Positions 57,401 to 64,000 of a stretch of 64,000 nt of DNA are shown here, piece by piece. Position 1 is the first letter of the stretch. Each line of letters begins with the position of its first letter. The DNA lies in assembly GCF_009914755.1 (NCBI RefSeq), contig NC_060929.1; one strand, given 5' to 3'. The DNA is from the human T2T-CHM13v2.0 reference genome, Homo sapiens. Below the pieces are notes generated by a model. That model worked only from the letters and a program-made list of their open reading frames with translations, was not told where the DNA came from and did not search any database. Position numbers and translations under genes: made by a program.

Positions 57401-58209
57401 ACACATTTTTCTAGTGTTGGAAACTGAGATACCAAGAGTTTCAGTAACTCTACTATGGATAGATCTTTGAAATGAGTAGAGGGAAAAAAATGGAAGCAGA
57501 AACAGTCATATTAATGGTAATAGACACATCCAGTACTCCCAAAGCATTCTTCATTCTTTGGTATCATGGGTGCTAAAGCTGTTTGGAACAACAAAAAAAA
57601 GCAACACACACATGCACACACACACACACACACAGTCGTATTTATGGAAGCTCATTTCATCTCTAGGACAGCAAAACTTCCTCTGGAGACTGGGAACTTG
57701 AGCCTTCAGATTCCTGAACCACTTTCTACCTTGATGTTCATTTGAAAAGGGAAAAATTGCCATTATCAGAGAGCTGAAGGGGAGAAAAATATACTGGAAT
57801 TGCACAGATAAACACTGTGAGGTATGACCTGGACACATTAAGCATTCGTAATTTTCCCTTCTCCATTACTAGATACAGTGCTTACATTTCTCATTATTTT
57901 TATCTCCCTCCTTTTTTTTTCCTGTATTGGATAAACATCACAAATACAATTATCCCTAGTGTCAATTCTACTCTTCAGTATGCTAAAAGCTATTTAAACC
58001 TTGCTTTTGCATTTACAGTTTATTTTAAGTCATTTTCTATCTTACTCATCTCCCTCTACACTTGATCTTTTAAAAAATAGCTTAGCTATTTGTCTCCTTT
58101 GATTCTTAGCTCCTGTTTTATAGATAAATCATCTACTCTCTTGATAACACTAAAAATAATGCCTAATGTTTATTTAGAAAGTATTATTTACCAGCCATTA
58201 TGCTGAGAA

Positions 58210-58375
58210 AGGCTGAATCTTATCTGCACATCAGCCCTATAAGGTATCATGACATGCCATATTTCACAGATAGGACCAAGAGATTTAGTAAATTATCTAA
58301 GGTTATGCTGCTAAGTTATAGAGTCAATTCAAACTAGGCCCTATGAGTAGAATCCATGATTTTAACCACTATGGA
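58210..58375 (-). mobile_element. MIR
   Basis: CCATATTTCACAGATAGG..AAATTATCTAAGGTTA..ATTCAAACTAGG..TTTTAACCACTATG. Confidence 0.6.
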
Positions 58376-59967
58376 CAAATGTCTCATGATTTCCTTAAAA
58401 TATATTGCCTCTTGTAATAATTCATTTCCAAATGCCTGCAGCTCTGTGATGAATTTATTTTTATCATTTTGTTTGCCCAATTTTGTTGATATTGTTTTCT
58501 GTTTATTTTTATCTGGAGAAAAATACATTTTATCAAACTTTCAGTTTCTCATTACTGATGATTCATCTCTATTTGTTCTTCTTAAATTCTCTATGTCTCT
58601 GACTCAATGTTTTGATAAACAGTGATGGAATGTTTTCTTGCCTTATTGATTAGTTTACCTAAACACTGCATGAGTACACTTTCTATTGTGTACTGTACCT
58701 TGAAATATTTCTGTGTCAGTCTGCACCTATTAATCCATTGTTTAGCATGTGTTTTCTGCAAAAAGGACCATAGCAACTATGTGCATCATATATGAAAATA
58801 AAACTAATTTATATGTTTGGGTGAATATATTAATATCTTAAGACACCAAATAACCACGAATGTTTATTAAAAAAATTCTAACTTCAATATAAAATGGTTC
58901 CAACTTTAATTTGTGCCCCATTATATTCTGCACATATTTCTACATATCATTATTAAATTAATTATGTCACCATTATATTTCTTGAAAATTTTTTTAATAT
59001 CTGAAGAGATTCAGAATCATTTATATAACAATATATTTAAATGTCAATAAGTATCTTTGAAGTTAATGCCAGTATTTATATATCTTTTTTAGTTTAATAT
59101 ATGAAATAAATTTGACTTATTACTCTCCATTACTTTGTTACTCAGTGACACTTGTATTCTTGTTTTGTAGAAAAGACTTTACTCTTCAATTTAAAAAAGA
59201 AAGTAAATACATTTTATGTCGTAAAATGCATTTGTAAAGATTTTTAAAGTATGTTTAAAACTATTTAAAAAATAAAAGTATATTGAAAGTGTGTAGTTAA
59301 CAATAAACTTGTACACAAGAAACATTATTTCACTTTAAATAATTTTATCTTCCTATGGAATAAGTGGACTTATTTTTAGAAGTATATTTACTGATGGCAT
59401 TTCTTTTATAAGCATGAACCAAATATGGTGTGCCAAAAGAAAATGTAAAATTCATACTTAATTATCTCTATGAGACAACTAGATATGAATACAAACTTCG
59501 TTATTTCTACAACAGTCACTGAAGATGTTCACTGCACCTGGGGCTGTTTAGATGCACGGAACCCAGGGCAGAGAGAGCAAATATTCTCATGCTAAATAAC
59601 ACCTAGATTTAGGAATATATTTGTTACATATTTATCAACGCCTTGGTAAGTATCCTTTAATGGTGACTATTCTAGAATTCACATTTCCAGATAAAGCCTG
59701 TTACTTTTCAAGTATGCAGTACCTTTATCTTGGATAAGTCAAATAAATTTTTATATATATAATATATATAAATCAAATGTTAAATATATATTATTTAAAC
59801 ATATATTATATGTTTTAAACTTCTTTGTGATTTTAATTTCCTAAGATCAAATTATTCAAACAATTTAAGTATGAGACTACTTAAGATTTTAATAACTATG
59901 ATCCTGGAAAACTCACAATATCATCTTGATATTCTTAATTTGGGCGAAATAATATTGAATGTCCATT

Positions 59968-60066
59968 ATTTTTCTTTTTTTAATTTTAATTTTAATTTTT
60001 TTATTATACTATAAGTTTTAGGGTACATGTGCACAACGTGCAGGTTAATTACATAGGTATACATGT
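59968..60066 (-). mobile_element. Very short L1PA 3' terminal fragment
   Basis: T-rich tail plus TTATTATACTATAAGTTTTAGGGTACATGTGCACAACGTGCAGG. Confidence 0.85.
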
Positions 60067-61527
60067 AATAAATAAACAATCATGTGAATTTGTTCCAAAC
60101 TGCATATTTTTAAGTGAATATGTAACTTAAATTTGAGATGAAATTATTTTTGATACAGAATATGGTAATTTTACAAATAAAAGTGAATAAAATAGTTAAA
60201 CTAGTTTATACTGCCCAGTAATATCAACTTGTTTTTTTAAACAACAATCATTAATTTTTTAAAAAATCTATTCAGATATGACAATAATTTTTTTCTTTCA
60301 TAAAATCTTAAATATTCACAACATTGTGAGTTTGGGAAAAGAAAAACAAAGAGAAAAAAATGAAGAAAAGTGATCAAAAGACAAATTCAAGCACAGAATA
60401 AACACAGTCTATTAATAAGCCTGCCTAGACCTGTGGCTGTTGCTAGAGTGCCAGGCCCTCAGCCTCATAATCAGCAGTTCAAAATCTCCTCCAGTTTCAA
60501 CTTGCCCAAGGGGGGATTTTGGAGACCTCAAAGAAGACCTGGTGAGAATACTTGGAATACACAGTCTTGAACCTATCGTAGGAATGAAAAGTCAGTAGGC
60601 TGTTTAGGTGCCTGACCAAGTGGTGAAGCTCAGAGGTCTTGGAGCTACTGTAATATATAAGGGTGGGAGCTCAGTGTCTGAGCTTCTTCATGTAGTGGGC
60701 CTGGAGGAAGGAGCCAGCAGCTAGCTTGGAAGCTCTCTCCAGATGTAGTATATTCCTGCATAGTCATCTCACATATAAAGCAGGATAAGGTCAATGTCTT
60801 CATGTTGGCATGGATACACCTAGCATATCTGAGCAAAAAATGGTAGGCAATGGGAAAGTTGATGTCAAATTTGAGGATTTGCAGGATGTTGATTTCCATG
60901 GCAAGCATCTCATGTCACTGATAAATACCACCACAGAGGTACAGGAGGTCATCCACAAAAGATGGGCAGGGTTCTTCAAATTTTGCTGCCATCAAAAAGG
61001 CAGTGGGACCAAGGAGTTGTAACCCATCCTTCTTGCACACTACCTCCATGAAGTAGTGATACACTGGCTTCAGTACCAAGGACAAGGTCTCCTGGGTCAT
61101 CTCAAAAGAAATCTGCATCTTCCCCAACCAGTCCACAAGAATGACCCTCATGACACTGTTGATGTCAGTCTGCCTGTTTATGTGTTTTTGTAAGTATAAA
61201 CTTTTCCTCTCTCAAATTCATGTAACTGGAGATTTCCTTGGTATATATTGAGTTGAAAAATGGATCACTAAGGTCCTTGTCAATATCTTCCAGTGGAGTC
61301 ATCTCCTTCAATATTCTCTTGACCTTTAGTGAGTAAGGTTTATTGGAAGCACATTCGCATGCACTGAACGTGGTGGTGGTACTGGACTTTCCCATGCTGG
61401 ACATAGTGGCAGTGCTGTACTTGCTTGTTCTTGATTCAGGGGCAGTGCTAGACACATATGGTTGATCCCAACTTGGGGGATCAAGAATGTTTTGAGAAAG
61501 GTGTCTTCGTTGCAGGTAGGAATCTTC

Positions 61528-61804
61528 TTCTTTTTTTTTTTTTTTTTTTTTTGAGATGGAGTCCCACTCTGTTGCCCAGGCTGGAGTGCAGTGGTGCTAT
61601 CTCGGCTAACTGCGGGCTCTGCCCCCCGGGTTCACGCCATTCTCCTGCCTCAGCCTCCTGATTAGCTGGGACTACAGGTGCCCGCCACCAAGCCTGGCTA
61701 ATTTTTTGTATTTTTAGTAGATACGGGGTTTCACCGTGTTAGCCAGGATGGTCTCAATCTCCTGACCTCGTGATCCACCTGCCTCGGCCTCCCAAAGTGC
61801 TGGG
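61528..61804 (-). mobile_element. AluY-like, 5'-truncated, inside the pseudogene
   Basis: GGGTTCACGCCATTCTCC, CCGTGTTAGCCAGGATGG; 18-bp TSD TTGCAGGTAGGA(A/C)TCTTC (61510-61527, 61807-61824). Confidence 0.95.
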
Positions 61805-61876
61805 CCTTGCAGGTAGGACTCTTCTGTAGGCCAAAGGCTCTTTGAAGGACAACTCCTTCTTAGTGGTGCATTTCTT

Positions 61877-62311
<435 letters not shown>

Positions 62312-62330
62312 TAAAAATTAGAATTGTTTT

Positions 62331-62706
62331 AAACAACCTCATTAAAAAGTGGGCAAAGGACATGAACAGATGCTTTTCATAGAAGACATATGTGTGGCCA
62401 ACAAGCATATGAAGAAAAGCTCAACATCACTGATCATTAAAGAAATACAAATCAAAACCACAATAAGATACCATCTCACGCCAGTCAAAATGGCTATTTT
62501 TAAAAAGCCAAAGAATAACAGATACTGGTGAGGTTGTGGAGAAAAAGGAATGCTTATAAACTGTTGGTAGGAGTTTAAATTAGTTCAACCATTGTGGAAG
62601 AGTGTGTCAATTTCTCAAAGTCCTAAAGGCAGAGATGTCATTTGGCCCAGTGATCTTATTACTAGGTATATACCTGAAAGAATATTAATCATTGTATTAT
62701 AAAGAC
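62331..62706 (+). mobile_element. L1P ORF2 C-terminal fragment
   Basis: ORF 62349-62531 [30 protein letters not shown] is the L1 ORF2 C-terminal domain. Confidence 0.9.
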
Positions 62707-63084
62707 TCCTCTTTTATCAGCTTATAATTTTCAAAAGGTTAATATAATTATTATACAAATATAAAATAAGAATGCATCAAATATTTTATTTAACTCTGTT
62801 AATGAGGGCAAAATAAGATGTTATGATCAATTTAAGAAGTTCTGGAGAAATTGTATAAATATATCTCAAAAACAAACATGTATATAAATACAGACAGAGA
62901 GACATTTTACAAAAAGTGTTGGGCTAATATTGTTAGGTTCAATACAAAAGTGGATATGTCTTCATGCTTTACAAGAGAATAAACCTTAGAGGGTTTCTGT
63001 TTCTGTGGACAGGTTATTTGCATCTTCACCAGCCAGAGACTTACAAGTTAAACTATGACCCTACAGAGTTTTAAAAGAGGTAGG

Positions 63085-63219
63085 TGTATTAGTCAGGGTT
63101 CTCTAGAGGGACAGAACTAATGGAATAGATACATGTGTGTGTGTGCATGTGTGTGGTGTATGTGTGTGTGTGTATAATATCTCGATTATATTAACTCATA
63201 GGATCACAAGGTCCCACCA
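63085..63219 (-). mobile_element. MLT2A LTR 3' fragment
   Basis: TGTATTAGTCAGGGTTCTCTAGAGGGACAGAACTAA + (TG)n + GATCACAAGGTCCCAC. Confidence 0.85.
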
Positions 63220-64000
63220 TAATCAACATCTCCCACCAGAGAGGTACACGTGTTACATGGTACAATGATGGATGTACATTGTCAAATCATGACCACTCAA
63301 AACCCATACCTATTTTAAAGTCCACTCTAGGTATCACACAATCTATAGGTTTGGACAAATGTATAACAATATGTATTCATGTATAATATCATAAAAAGTA
63401 TTTTCACATCTCTAAAAGTCTGCCATTCTCTGGCTGTCCATCCCTCCTAATGCCCTCCCAAACCATAGCAAACAGTGATCTTTTTATAGTCTTTTACTTT
63501 CGTCTTTTCCAAAATATTGTATAGTTGGAATTATACAGTATGTAGCCTTTTTGGGTTACCTTTTTTCTCTTAGAAGTATGTACTTAAGCTTATTCCATGT
63601 CTTTTTTATGTCTTGATAGCTTTTTTTTAAGCCCTGAATAATATTCCTTTGATTAGATGTGCCATAGTTTACTTATCCATTCACCTACTAAAGGCCATCT
63701 TGGTTGTTTCCAAGTTTTCACAATTATGAATAAAGCTGCTAAAAGTATCTGTACACAGGTTTTTCTGTGGACATGAGTATTCGACTTTTTGGGGTAAATA
63801 TACGGGAGCACAATTGGTAAGGGTATGCTTGGTTTTATAAGAAACTGTTAATTGTTTTCCAAAATGGCTGTACCATTATGCACTGCCACCAGCCAGTGAT
63901 GAGTGAGAGTTCCTGGTACTCTACACCCTCTTCAGCATTTGGTGTTGTCAGTGTTCCCGTTACTGCCCATTCCAATAGTTGTGTAGTAGCTTCTCACTGT
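63220..64000 (-). mobile_element. L1MC-type 3' region, runs off the window
   Basis: ATCAACATCTCCCACCAGAGAGGTACA, ATAGGTTTGGACAAATGTAT, TTATCCATTCACCTACTAAAGG. Confidence 0.85.

Noticed and set aside
60645-61455. Cyclin-box ORFs as a functional CDS
   Set aside because: The coding sequence is split across frames with in-frame stops, Alu insertions and a missing N-terminus.
63085-63219. Co-oriented MLT2A as promoter for the CCNB3 retrocopy
   Set aside because: Only the 3' end of the LTR survives; the promoter portion is missing.

Overview
This is AT-rich human intergenic DNA; a near-consensus AluYb8, a human-specific subfamily, identifies the species. It contains no intact protein-coding gene, RNA gene or CRISPR array. 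Most of the window is layered transposon debris: Alu J/S/Y/Yb8, L1 from old L1M to L1PA2, L2/MIR, ERVL and MaLR LTRs and internal fragments, ERV1 and HML-5 solo LTRs, and Tigger/MER DNA transposons. The only host-gene-derived sequence is a 5'-truncated, intronless, disabled cyclin B3 (CCNB3) retrocopy on the minus strand at about 60.2-62.3 kb, interrupted by two Alus. I found no support for a new multi-gene biological system. The best leads are evolutionary or mechanistic. (1) The retrocopy seems to carry one copy of a ~75-aa unit that I recall being tandemly duplicated in modern human CCNB3. (2) A very young AluYb8 lacks a matching target-site duplication (TSD). (3) A twin-primed inverted L1 retains its TSD. 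(4) There are several TSD-resolved nested insertions and a cluster of LTRs from DUX4-responsive families. Subfamily names come from recalled consensus sequences, and boundaries of old repeats are approximate.
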